This document shows positions 12,721 through 25,661 of a stretch of 64,000 nt of DNA, in pieces. A program made the position numbers and the translations under genes. The stretch comes from Pseudovirgaria hyperparasitica. Its lineage: Eukaryota. The stretch lies in NCBI GenBank assembly GCA_010093815.1, contig ML996571.1; one strand, 5' to 3'. Within the stretch, counting starts at the first letter, position 1. Every line of letters begins with the position of its first letter. The notes below the pieces were generated by a model. That model did not search any database. It worked only from the letters and a program-made list of their open reading frames with translations, and was not told where the DNA came from.

Positions 12721-15202
12721 TTCATCTTCCCCTCGGTGGACTGGACAATTAGATACGATGAAGACCTCTTGTCGATTGGGGGAAGCCGATCTCGAACATG
12801 CTGTCAACTCTCCGCAAACGCCATCAATGAGGTTGAGAGATCGCACAGCACTTGAGATATGTCTGTGCGAACCATGGTTCGCAGAGGTATGGATGGATGG
12901 GATCCAAATGCCAGTTCAGCCAAGACTGGGGGAATAACCTCATCCATATTTCCAATAGGGCTCCATACCTCACATTCGGGACTAGGCTAGATGGTATCAG
13001 GACAGGAGGGTCTGTTTTGGTTTCCTGAACGGGTCGTTTCTATGGGCGTGCATGAGGTACCCCAGCATCCCCCTATTTCCGCCCGTTGACCGCGTTTGAT
13101 GTCCGACAGTTGGAGGGCACCGTTGAGACATACATAGAGGCAGTCTATTGCTGTCGCTGTAGCGCAAATTGCTTCAACATCACAGAGCTACACAAAGCCA
13201 CACTGAGCTACTCAGCTTTCTAATTCCAAAACCCCCACTCTGGTTACAAATTCCATAGCAGCCATAGACCACACTTGCGGAGCTGGCGTCCGACCCATCC
13301 AGCCACTGATGTATACAATATCTAGCCATGTAAGCTTTTTCACTCCAACCACTAGTGTACTACCATGAGCACAGGGACCCAATGCGCCCCAGAAATCTAG
13401 AGGCGGCTCTCGCGGGTCGCACACACGGACCTTTTCCGGAAGTCTGGGTCGGAGGATAAGGCTGAATATACTACATACGCTACCTGTCTGGGGAACGGGG
13501 CAAAGCCATTCGGAATCAACTCCAGGTCAGAATCTAGACCGGCTATATGGAGTGCTCAAAGCCACAAAGATGGGGGGCTTAGGGCCGTCAGCTGTGATGG
13601 GATTCTGGTGTTGAGAGTTTGCCGGGGGAGGGGCTTTGACTGTGGCGTTTGTTGAGGGAGGGTTTGGACCATGGGTGGGTGGTTGGGTGCTTGATCAGTA
13701 TGTACGTATGTGTAACTGTCAGCTGAGGATATTGTTGGGATTGCGGTCTACTGGCCTTGGGGTGCTCTTTGGGTGTTTAGAAGGTACTAGTTTAGGTATG
13801 TGGTTTGTCGACGTTGCAGGTATGATAGAGTACACGTTAGGCCTACATTGCACTCAAGAAAGCTGTGCTGCTGCAGTGTCTCAAGGATAGACATGACCCT
13901 GCCTAACCTCAATAGCTTCACAGCGATTCGTCAATTTCCGCCGCTACGGAAAATATCTTCGTCGATGTCCAAAACGTCCGCATTAAAGCATTAGATCCCA
14001 GCCCCTACCTACTCCATCACGAATGTCACGAGGTCTTGAAAGTTATCAAGCTTTGATCAATGGTTTGGTACAAACACTAGTAGTAGATCGTCTCATCGAT
14101 CGCGAACCATTTTTCAACATCTTAATACGATTTTGACACCTTCTCATAGCTCTTGTATTCTGCATGCATATAAGATTTCCGGACTGTCTAGACTAGTCTG
14201 TCAGCCTCTATAAAATCTACGCGAAACTACTCCAACCGGATTTGGTATAGCCCTTTCGATAGGGATATTTTCGTTCTGACATCCATGACAGCGTGGCATG
14301 AGAGAGAGTCCAGATTAACATGGTTGACAGTTACGGATGGCTATGTAGACGGTTCGGCCGACTTTTTACAGGCGTTGCTTGAGTGTCTTCGAGCGCGGAT
14401 TGTGGTGCTGCTGTGGCTGATTCAATGATTTGTACATATCGATCACATCTCTGACGCCCTGTCTTCTTGCAGAGTCGTTTGACATGCAGATTGTGTCGAG
14501 TATAATGCTGTAGAAACTCATATGAGGTTCAAATACTAGTCTACCTGGCTAGAACAGTAAATGAAGATAGCTTTAGTGTCTAATTAGTAGAAGAAACGAT
14601 TCTACCACACTATCAAGGGGCATAGTAAATTAAGTTCAATATTAGTCTCTACTCAGTATTAGAAATTATCTCTAACTACTGATCAAGTGACCAACATAAC
14701 ATACAACCACAGTCCTACCTAAAGTAGACTAGCATGTCAAACCTTATATAAGTTCCTTGGTCTTGTGGGCCTGCTGCGCTCAGCTCTTGCAGACTATCGA
14801 TCACGGGTTAAAAGCCTGTGTATATGTTGTGGCTCGGAAGGATCTCCGACATACCGGACATGGCTGTGTCGTCGAGTATGAGGTGACCGGACATTGGTGC
14901 CATGCTCGTGCTTGTTGATAGTTCGATTGATAGAAGAAAACAAACCTCAAGACACAGTTCTCGTACGTACAGGTTCTTGATTCATTGGATCTTTGATAGG
15001 GATTATCCTTGGCTCAGGTACCTTGTGTTATACACATCCTTCTAAAGCAGTCACTACAATAGTGAACACTTTGTCTTAGCATCATATACCTACCGTGGTT
15101 TGGACTGAAAAGCGATACTGATGGGAATTCTGCACATGAACTCTGGTGCACGATTCTAGCCTAGCATAGCCCTCATGATTCACAACCCTATTCAAGAACA
15201 TA

Positions 15203-16628
15203 CTACTTCTCCTCCAGACTACGGCTATATCCAGGAAATGCCTTCAGCTGGTCATCGTCGAACCTCGTCAAAAGCGGACATCCGAGCCCAAGCAGCGCCT
15301 TGCCAGCCTCGCCTCCAAGTGTGCTCAACAGAGTCCTCAACAAGTCAGGCTCTGCCTGTGCTGCAAACTGAGACGCAAGACAAAACGCATTATTGCCCTC
15401 TGCCAGCGTCTTCACATTGAACACTCCACCAGATAGATCCCCGAGGTCAACGCCAGTAAACGTGTTGACCTTTCCAGTATTACCGCCGATATCCAAGAAC
15501 TTCGGATGGACGAGAGCATCCTTGAGGAAGTCGGTCTGGAAGAATGGAATGCTGTACTCATCGCCGATGGCACGTTTATACCAGTTATCGGGGATGCGCT
15601 CGTAGCCGCGTCCACCAGACCACGAGCCATCGGCATTCTCTGTCATGCCGAAGAAGGATTTGAGGACTTCTTTGGTAAGCTGACCGTCGGGGTGTTCGGC
15701 GGATTTGTTGCCCATGAAGCGGTAGATGAACGTATATGCCGCAGGCTGCACGGCGACTCCTGTGAATCTGTAGGAACGAGGTTAGTTGTGCTTTCGTATA
15801 TGTCATATGCCAATGCACTTACGGTCCATTGAAGAAGTATGGGTTATTGGCGATCTGTTGATCGAAGCGGCGAGAACGGAATTCGCGGAGCAGCTCGAGG
15901 CTGTAGTTTGAGTCTTCGTTCGGGACGTCTTTTTGGAGGTCGTAGAGCTCTTGCCATTGGGAGAGGACGACTTCGTAGTTGTTGCCAGCTTCGTAGAGGT
16001 CCGGTCCTGGCGGTATGTTAGTTAGACTGGATGGTATGATATTCAAGGGACTTCTAACTGCATGGGCTGACGTCCGACTCGTATTTGTTGTGGCTGCCAA
16101 TGAGACCTGTAGCCCCTAGACCAACGGCAGGATGTGGGCCACCGATACTCCAACTTGTACCGTCTCCGTCAAAGCTGGCGCCTAGGACAGCAAGAAAGGC
16201 TCCTAGATCGAGGCTCATGCCGAACACTTTGAATGTGCCTAACACGAAGTCCTGTTGTGCGTGAGCTTACGTTAACAATGGAAGATGGTATGTAACATAC
16301 TGTAATCGTACCGACTCCATTATGAGGCAGATAGCCGTGATTGGCCATAGCATTCAGACCTACACCCTGTTAGCCTATCTTCTGTCGATATAGTCTCTAT
16401 TGAGGTACCTGGACATGGACCACGGGCATCTTCTGTCGTCGGAGCGACCCAAGAATGCTCGCCAGTGGTGTCGATATACTGAGCTTCAGCATTGAAATAC
16501 GAGATCAAGTCTCTCCGATCGGGAAGAGCATCAGAAGAAAAGCCAGCAGCCGCCAAGTCGATATTCGCCGGAAAAGCTGAGGCTGTGACAGCCAAAGAAG
16601 CCACAATACTAAAACATGATGGCCGCAT
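15203..16628 (-). CDS. Secreted heme-thiolate peroxidase / unspecific peroxygenase (Peroxidase_2, chloroperoxidase-like); 4 introns (16360-16408, 16252-16300, ~16007-16058, ~15768-15822)
   Basis: Signal peptide; spliced proximal motif DARGPCPGLNAMANHGYLPHNG; distal SHNKYESDVSP; NPYFFNGPF; ERIPDNWYKR. Confidence 0.92.
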
Positions 16629-18009
16629 TGTGAATGTCTAAACTTACGCAGATGTCCGCCTGTCGGTCAGAAGTGATGGGTATATATGAATACCCATTTG
16701 CCACAGTCTCTCATATACCATTGTCCCATCGGCTCTTTCGAATACCCTTCTGCCCGACCCATCCAATCCACTGGTCACTCCTCGAACGCATACACTAGAA
16801 TAGGAATCCTCAAGTATAGTTCTGATTTACCACTGACGTGGCGCTACCTTCGCGCATCCCCGTTATATTTCATAATAAGATGACTCCTATTCGTTCCTGG
16901 GGACAAAGCACATATCTAGTGCTTGTTTTGGTGGTTGCTAGTCTCAATCAGGTCCTTACGATCGACATCCATGTGAGGTTGCGCAGCGCGCTATCATGCG
17001 GGGTCAAGTAAGATTCATCTAGGGGTAGTAGCAGCGATCTATCCATTAGCCAAGATGAAATCGATTCGGCTGTTGTCCATCCGTGCGCAATGGTATATCT
17101 TTCACTCGCGACTTGCATCTTCGAGGTGCGTCAATGGCTGAGCTTCATGGGTCATCGGTCACCTGTTAGTGATGGATGGACAGATGCATACAGGTTGATG
17201 CGAGGCTCTTTCAGCCACCATGCGCCTCAACCTGTAAATGGCACATGTCTAGGATTGCCGCCGTGATATGTAACATTGGACTGGTTGGCTGTCTGCATGA
17301 ACCAGCACTTCCCGGCCTGTTAAAAGTGTCGGTCGCGATACCGCTAAACCTAAAGCAGAGGAATGGATAACATTAAGAAGACGTCTGAGCAAGTGTAGAC
17401 CCACTTGCGCAAGACAACAATACAACGTCTCCATTCTTATTGCAGGTCGATTGCTACAACTGTACCAGATTACAGCTGCGTGCGTTCGATGCGCTGGCCT
17501 CGTCATAACAGCACATCCCATGAAGAAGGACAAATTACTCGCGTCGTGGGACATTCGTGGCCCGTGGGATAGTCTTCCGGCGCAGCTTTATGTTCGATTA
17601 CGGATAAAGTAGTACTGACTATGCTGCCTGCTATCTGCCATTTATTGATGAAGCCCAACGTAGCTTTCAACTTTGCCGCTATGGTGAATACGTATAACAG
17701 GCTGTGTCTAAGGATGCAGAACCAGGTCGGTTGACATTAGCTATACATGATCTCATACGTTTGTAGAGCCTGAACGAAGATTCTAGCCACTTCATTTGGT
17801 ACAGGTCGCGCGCACGCTAATGGTCAATCTCGGTAACACGTAAATAGGTACACAGGACATGACACATTACTAGAAGAAGAATCAAGTTTACGTTCAATTG
17901 ACAGAAAAGATTTGACGTCCTTATTACTGTTGAGTGCTATTATTACAAACGATGCACATCCATAGCCCCAAATCGAACTACACCTAACTACAGACAAGCA
18001 AGCAGGGCA

Positions 18010-19574
18010 TCACTTATGGATGATGTGAACGTCTCCAAACGCCTTCATCTTCTCCATGACCGCCCGCTCACTCATCTGCAGCTCAGTGCAGATCTCATCG
18101 AAGCTATGGATGCCATCCATATACTTCTCCAACGGCAGCTCGCGCACTGCCCCAGTCGCAGAGCCCGCCGTGGCGGGCGCACCCTCCTCTCCCCAGAACT
18201 TCCCGCCTGGAAGCTCCGTATGCGGAAGCGATGCGTCCGCCTTGGCAGGACTTGGTAGTGCTGAGGATGCTGCAATGACGTACTTGTGTACGCGGTACAG
18301 GAATCCTTTGATTACCCCGAAGGTAATCAGCCGCCGGATATCGATGCCGGCTAGCATCTCCAAGTTCTCGAGCACCCAGTTTTTGAGTGTAACACCTTGG
18401 CGCAGGGAAACGTAGAGCATGATGAGGGTCATTGGCTCGATGACGGGTAAAGAGGCGGCCATGTTGGCCGTGTCGTACGCTGAAGTCTCATTCATTGGAC
18501 CGGCGGCACCTGCGAGGTCTGGCTGCGATCTTGGGACGGTGACGTAGCGAACGCACTCCCGCTGCAAGGCTTCGGAAGTTACGAACGAGTGGATGTCTGG
18601 GGTTGGTGCATAGATTGCCCCGAACTGAAAGATGTCGAGAAGGAGCACGCAACTGTAGTAGACCAAGTGACGAATTGCTTTTCTAGTCAAACTGAGATCG
18701 GTGTCTGCTAAGATGGAGATGTGAGAGACCGAATTGACGCCGTTGATGTAAGGTAACACTCTTTGAAGAGTGAGATCAGAGGAGATGTGCTGCGAAGAGA
18801 ATGCAGAGAGATTGATTGTCAATAGCGGAACGTGCCAAGCATGAACTGGAGCAGGCGCTTTGAGCAAGGGAAAGAGCTTCAGGTTGATCGTGTTGGCTTC
18901 GTCTGTAGAGCGGTTAGTAGTGTCTCCTGGAACGATGACGCAGGTATGCTTACCGATTGGAATCATGCATTCACGGTAGTTGTTTAGATCCTCAAGAATC
19001 ATCTCGCACAAGGCGTAGATCTTGCCCTCGGGCACAGCAGATTCCGCAGCCTTTGTACTCGATGTCTCTGGGTCTTTACCAGAAGTAGCAGATCGGTCAA
19101 CAGGTTTCGCAAGGCTGGCCTCTTCCTTGCTGAGGAAACCACTTTGCTCCTCCAAGGCTCGAAGAAGTCGTCCAAGCTTGCGAATAATGTTCGCGTAGCT
19201 GGTCCAATCCTCGACGTCTTCATCAATGACCAGGGCCAAATTGAAAATGAACTCGTTTCGAGCGTACTTGCCGTCGTAGTCACTAATGCAGACCGGGTAG
19301 CCAATGATACGGTGATCGGAGATGGCCACGGTGAGAAGGTGATCACAGAACTCCTGACGTGGGATGATGTAGTCAGAGACAGTGGAGAAGTCGAACAGTG
19401 GCTGACGCAGAGCAGAGGGCGAAGTCGATGGTGTAATCGAGCCTTCTGGGACCTCATGCACAATTTTCGAACCTGGAAGCATTTGTTAACGCGGATTCTC
19501 ATTGCAAAGAGCAGACTGATACCTCGTGTACCTTCAGCGGTGTGGAAACGGGCATAGAACATTGATCGAATCAT
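18010..19574 (-). CDS. NPR2: Nitrogen permease regulator 2 (SEACIT/GATOR1 subunit); introns ~19477-19529 and 18903-18953
   Basis: MIRSMFYARFH..EG; SDYIIPRQEFCD; KYARNEFIFN; EDLNNYRECMIPI; TINLKLFP; LLDIFQFGAIYAPT; IDIRRLITFGVIKGFLYRVHKY; HSFDEICTEL. Confidence 0.95.
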
Positions 19575-20651
19575 TTTGGTGAAGCTTCCAAGCTAGAAAC
19601 GGATGTGATGGTGAGAGACGAACGTCAAAGGATGGTGTTTTTCTTGCGCAGCCTGAAGTGCAAGCGTGCAAGAGATATAGAAGCGGGGTCCCAAGAGCCT
19701 GACATCTGTGCGCTTGTTGACGTGTCAATCTCTTGCGCGAGATGAAAGTGAATCAAGTCAACCGAAGTGAATTGAGTAAGATCGAAATGAACTTGAAGTC
19801 AGTCCTGGTTCTGTAGACCGACAGCCCGTTTCGGGCTAGGCCCAATTAGGCCAGATCTTCATACTGAGACGACCTCAGCTCTTGTCTCGCGCTGCGCGGA
19901 TTGTTTTCCTTCTTGTCTCATTGCGTTAACATCCCAGTGGTGGATATCATATGATTTCTTCATGAACAGATACGCATAAGATTAACTGGTTAGTATGACA
20001 ATGCGTTGCGTCTAGAATCGATCATCTATAGCCGTAACCCATCCTGGATCAAGATCTCACCTCGCAATGTACGAGCACATCATTACATCCTTTCTAACAA
20101 TCAGCTTAGCAATTCTGTCGAATCTTGAGACGGGGGTGTTTTCTGGGTTCCAGCCTCATCGTGACTTTTCCCTGTATTTGATCGCCGCAATTGCAAACGT
20201 CGCGCTCAGCAGAGCCTCAAGACATCGAAATTCGTAGCTAGTGACATGGATACAATCGGCTTTGTGACCAGCATGATGTTTTGAACACATACGAAGGATA
20301 CTGCTATACGACTCAATATTTACAGGACCAAATAGTATCGAAAGTCTGTATTTCTGTGTGGACAAACTATGACTCTGACGACAGTATAGTTCTCGGTGGT
20401 GACATAGCCAGAGGAAGCAGCATGACAACTGTAAACCCCGAGAAGCTGTCGAACGTAGCCATGAAGCTGCTACACGAACACTCACGAAACTTAAGAGCAT
20501 AAGTAATTATCCATTCTCAGGACAGTCGACTTCTAGTTCATTGGGATTAGTCAGCATAAAGAGCTCCGAGTCATTTAGTGTCACTACTGCCTTGCTTCTT
20601 TGTGATGAACGATATTTCCGAACTTCGTGTTACCAAACTTAGGTTTTACCA

Positions 20652-22193
20652 ATGGCACATCAAGCCCATAACATCCCCTGGAACACTGTGGCTTCTCATT
20701 ATAAGTACAAATACACTCCAACGAATCGTCAAGGCATCACCAACCTCTACCCGCGGGATCGACCTGACCAGGCCACTACACTCAACTACTTCGCCAATGC
20801 TTTTGCCAAAACCATAGCAGAACATGCAGTCACTGAGAAGCCAAAGCACACTGTCAGCACCGACGACTTCGACGACGATGAGCTCCTGATCCCCGACAGC
20901 ACAGCCGTCCGCATCGCCCCCAGCGTATATCGCTACCATACAGCCCTCTCTACCCGCGCCCATCGTGAAACACTCAAACCCGTCCAGCCCATCTTCAACC
21001 GCCCATGCACACACTTTCCTCCCTCCTCGGATCCTGAAACCTGTGTATGTCCACTTCCTAGATCTGCCCGCTACCTATCTGCATTCCTCTCATCCCTTTC
21101 TCACGATCTCTACGCCATGTGCTGTAATTCCACCGTCCCCTTTTCCGCTAGGCTCAACATCGAACTCATCAAAACCTTGCTCCTGTACGGCTCTCTTGAG
21201 CCTCTTCTCCGCCTCGCCGCCCACCCATCCGTCACCACAGTACCACGCTGGGACTGGGCTGATTGCGGCGGCGATGTAAGCGAGGGCGTGAAGGGCATCG
21301 CCAAATCTTGTTTGCGTAGTTATATAGCGCTGAACATGCTTGCTTGTTACCCCGAGCTCCGCCCGGAGCATATCAGTGAAAGCCGCGCAGGAGAGCTAGG
21401 TAGAGACACAGATAGTTCTGGTGGTCACGGCGAATCCGACTACCGTCTCACCGCCGGATATCAGAAACTCATCCTCCTCAACACCGGCACAGACAAATGC
21501 TGGTACCGCGGTCACGATACACATTTACAACCACATCGCCAGTTCTTCGGTGTGCGCGAGGGCGCATATCCGCCATATAATCGCTGGCTCGATCCCTCGA
21601 TCCTACTTGGTAGTCGCTCGCTAATCGCATGGACTGCATCGTCCGCTTCATCTTCTTCAACTTCTTCCTCATGTTCATATCTTGCATCTGCAGACGACGT
21701 CATCGTCGTACGAGCCATGCTGAAGTCTTTCTTGCCGACTGAGCTGGCACTGCAAGTAATGCTAGACGCAGGGTATGTCGTCGAGCGACGACTGCGCGTG
21801 CGGGATGATCCATTGCATATAGACAACGCAGCGGAGCTACGGACATATCTGACGTATTGCTGGGTGAGCATGGTCCGGTGCGAAGTGCTTGCGCAAGCGT
21901 GTGGACAGTGGATTGATTGGGCATCCGGGGTACGCTGCGTTATGGACGAATTATGGGGTTCGCCGCGAGTGAAGACGAAGGCTATGTGGGCAGATGGGTA
22001 TTACGATAGTAATGATGACAGCGAACAGATGGAGAGGCGGAGGACTCGATTGTGGGTGGTACACGACTTTTTCATTATGTTGGAAGTTTCTGATCATTCT
22101 GAAGGGCTCTCTAATGCGAAGACATCGACCCAATCGTTTGGGATCTGCCGACCGCCTTCCAGGGCTTCCGCGATGTATCGCTCACCCTCGTAG
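20652..22193 (+). CDS. Hypothetical protein, intronless 513-aa ORF
   Basis: Long ORF with ATG in good context (accaATGg) and protein-like composition; LPTELALQVMLDAGY and DDPLH..NAAELRTYL..CW motifs; no function recognised; C-terminus uncertain because it overlaps the amidase. Confidence 0.7.
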   Translation: MAHQAHNIPWNTVASHYKYKYTPTNRQGITNLYPRDRPDQATTLNYFANAFAKTIAEHAVTEKPKHTVSTDDFDDDELLIPDSTAVRIAPSVYRYHTALSTRAHRETLKPVQPIFNRPCTHFPPSSDPETCVCPLPRSARYLSAFLSSLSHDLYAMCCNSTVPFSARLNIELIKTLLLYGSLEPLLRLAAHPSVTTVPRWDWADCGGDVSEGVKGIAKSCLRSYIALNMLACYPELRPEHISESRAGELGRDTDSSGGHGESDYRLTAGYQKLILLNTGTDKCWYRGHDTHLQPHRQFFGVREGAYPPYNRWLDPSILLGSRSLIAWTASSASSSSTSSSCSYLASADDVIVVRAMLKSFLPTELALQVMLDAGYVVERRLRVRDDPLHIDNAAELRTYLTYCWVSMVRCEVLAQACGQWIDWASGVRCVMDELWGSPRVKTKAMWADGYYDSNDDSEQMERRRTRLWVVHDFFIMLEVSDHSEGLSNAKTSTQSFGICRPPSRASAMYRSPS

Positions 22194-24002
22194 CCCCATT
22201 CGATTAATGCATTCTCGTTATTCCAAACGGCCTGGCCCATGAGGCCGATGGGAACACGGCCTTCGCCTCCTTTGGGCTCTGCGTATCCGACCGGGAATGT
22301 CAGACCAGGCAGTCCGCAGAAATTTGCCAGCCATACATATTCCATGTTCTGAAGAGTCTGATTAGCATCTGTTACTCCGTGCTTCAGGTCGCCTTCCGCT
22401 TCTATGTGCCAGCCTGCTTTTGGAGTCGTCGGAGTGACGATGATCATATCTGGGTAGGTCTTGAATAGGGATGCGAGGTGTTGCATGAGAAGGTTGCGCA
22501 TCTTCTGCGCAAGAACAAAGTCCGTTGCAGGTGTCTTGCTGGCTACCGAAAGGAGCAACTTGTTCGGCGCTGTCAGAAATGAGATATCTGGGAAGTCGGA
22601 CAGCTGTTCGTTGAGAATGGTCATAGCATGCGCGGTCTGGCCCTCGTGGACATATGGGATATTGATATCGACAACCTCGTAGCCGAGCCGCGTGATATAC
22701 CAATCCACCGCACGCTGACATGCGAGTCGAACTGACTCTTCGGCACGGTCGGACCACGGCTTGTAGACGCCTAATATCTTCTTCCTAGGTTGCTGTGAGG
22801 GGTACGCCAGTGGGAAGGAGGCGTTGAGATTTCCATGAGGATCAGGGGCCGCCATAACGCGAAATGCGACCTCGAGGTCTACCATATTCGCAGCTATGGG
22901 ACCTGATACAGTCACGCTGGAGGTCCCGGTCGGGTATGAGGAGACACGACTGTGTGAGGGCTTCAACCCAAAAGCACCACAGAAAGAGGCTGGAAGACGC
23001 ACTGATCCGCCACCATCAACGCCATGTGCGATTGGGATCAACCCCTTTCCTACACAGTAGCCGCTGCCTCCTGACGACCCCCCAGTATAGTAGTTCTCAT
23101 TATAGGGATTCCGCGGAGTTCCCCAATTTGGATTGTTGTTGGTAGTATCTATGTACATTATTAGTCAAGTTCAACATAAACAGTCCATACGTAATGCGAT
23201 GTTCTGTTTCGCCTTTTCGTTGAATGTAAGGGTGCTCACCCATTCCAATTTCATGCATATTAGTCTTTCCAATCACCACTGCCCCATGCTCTATCCACTT
23301 CTCTATGCACGAACTGGTCAGTCCATCTTTATTCGTATAATCCCTCACAGATCCCAACGTTGTCCTGTAACCGCTGAGCTCAACCTCGTCTTTAACTGCC
23401 ACAGGAACACCATCGAGCACGCCAAGCGGTTTCCCTTCCTTGTATCGTAGTGTTGAAGCTTCCGCAGCTTTGAGCACAAGCTCGACTTTTGTATCTATAA
23501 ATGCGATAGAGTGCTTGGTCGGGGATGCAACATCTTTCCGGATGAGTGGGAGAAGTGACTGCGCGACGGCTGTGGGCGTCAATGTTCCGGCAAGATACGC
23601 CTTATGATAGTCGAGCACGGAGTAGAAGCGGTGTTTGATGTCCCCGGGAGGTTCGCGTAAGCCATCAGCGTTTGCAAAATTGGAAGTGACCTGTGGTGCG
23701 GCGGTGGATGCGATGGGTGTTACGGTCGGATCATGGCGTGCAGAGAAATCTCGCAGCTGCGGTATGGAGCGGAGGACATCGAAGCCAGCATTTGTCCATA
23801 GATAGTTCTGGAGTATACTGGAGGAGGCAATGCTGCTGTTGTTAGATAGTGACGTTCACTCGGGAGGTAAGTCTTACATAGACGCGCCAATAGAGAGTGG
23901 GAGGCCCCTCACGATGGGGTTGCTTGCGGCTTTCGGACTCTTGTATTCGACCTCCGTAGCCTTGGCTACAGGATAGCCTAAAGAATCGGGAGCGTTGCTC
24001 AT
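22094..24002 (-). CDS. Amidase-signature enzyme (FAAH / GatA-like); introns ~23833-23877 and ~23149-23239
   Basis: LDGVPVAVKDE (catalytic Lys); GKTNMHEIG; TGGSSGGSG; GVDGGGSVRLPASFCGAFGLKPS; ANFCGLPGLTFPVG; ATG at 24002 (MSNAPDSLGYP). Confidence 0.92.
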
Positions 24003-24436
24003 GGTAGGAACAGGTTAGTAGAAGACTCTTATATGGCCCGTGAAGACGGTCTGGTTTCACTTTGATTGCGTGTCACGTAATTCGAAGAGCGGTAATACGG
24101 CACCCATATATCGTATTCATGCGCTAAGAACAGGGTACCGACGGGTACAAAAGACTATTTCGAAGGCTCGTGGCAGCACAATACAATCACAATACCACAA
24201 TACCGCTCATCTATCCTAATTTCTTTAGACCTAACATGCTTAAGATTCCAAAATTAGCATGCTGCGTGAATCGTTCCAGTGGTGTGTTGGGATCTGGCTC
24301 TCATCAAGAAAGCATCCTCTTTGTTCAATCCGGCTCTTACTCAAGTAGCTACCATGAATTGACCGTGTAAGGTAACGCAACGAGCACGCTGCAGCTAGAA
24401 GTACACTGCAGGAGTCATGGAGACACGAGCGGGAGT

Positions 24437-25300
24437 TTATTTAGTCTTCTTCGGGGTACCATCCTTGGGAGAGATCTCGTCACCCATGCGGTTGTACTCG
24501 CGTGACAGACCCTCGGCTTGTTTCTTTAGATTCTCAATATCACGGTCTTTGGCTTCAAGCTCTTTCTTTAAGCGGCCAATCTCGCCGGCGTTACCGGCGT
24601 TGCCAAGTGCGGCAGAGTCCTTGCCCTTGCCCGTATTTTCGCCTTTGAAGCGCTTGTTTTCTTCCTCCAGACGAAGCTGGTCAAGAATCATGACGTAGGT
24701 ACGGTTGAGGATAAGGGACAGAAAGAGGGTGAAACCGCAGAGGTACATGTTTCGCTGGGAGTAGAATTTGCGAGCCTGAACCTCCATGCGTTCAGAACCC
24801 ACCACGGCAGCGCTAGATCATGTCAGCCAAAGGTTCGATATCATGCTGGGGCGAACAACGTACGCCCCACGAGAGTCTTTGCTGTACGCAGCGAGCTCCA
24901 CCTGGACACGGTAGACGCGATTGACAGAGTCAATGAATAAGATGAGGATGAAGATGAATGTAATCTATAATCCGGTTAACTCTGCAACTCATGGACATTG
25001 GCAGACTACATACCTTCATTCCATATTGTAGTTTCGCTATAATTGGACTTTCCGATATGAAAGTAAAGAGCTTTCTGCGCCAGGTAAATGGTAGAGGGAC
25101 GATCAACGACATGAAGACGACCATCTCAAACACCAAAAGGAGGAAGACCTAAGGACGACGCGTTAGCGATGGTTTCTCTGGTAATGTCGCTGTCTTGCCG
25201 AAGCACTTTTTCTCTCGACATAGACATTGAGATGAAGCCATTCTGTCTCATTTGGCTTCCTGGAGAGGGGTGCACTGACGAGGCTGTAGTAGAGCGTCAT
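24437..25300 (-). CDS. BAP31: B-cell receptor-associated protein 31 (BAP31/Yet-like ER membrane protein), 3 introns
   Basis: MTLYYSLVF; PLPFTWRRKLF; ARKFYSQRNMYLCGFTLFLSLIL; coiled coil LKKQAEGLSREY; C-terminal dilysine KKTK. Confidence 0.93.
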
Positions 25301-25661
25301 GATGGCTAGATATTGCGAGGCTATAGGTGTCGTGTGGAGGGTGTTGTGGGCGCCGTTCAAGGGAGATACAGCAACTAGATGTTTTACTGTTGCCTGGAGG
25401 GTTGATCAGGTTATGAAGTAAACAGGTGTTCAGACCGGGGGGTTTGTGAAGAGGAGGAGTTCCTGAGCAAGCAGGCCATGCGAGCTGTGCGAGAAATAAT
25501 ACGTCACCTCACTAGCCACACCCGTCGCGGCTACCGAAACGACTAGTCTATTTCCGGCATACCTCCAAAATACCTTCACATTACACTCCCGTGACTTCAA
25601 CCATTGCATATATCATAGGACGGAAGCTGGAGAACTTGTCTCAGTATCACCAGCTAACAGT

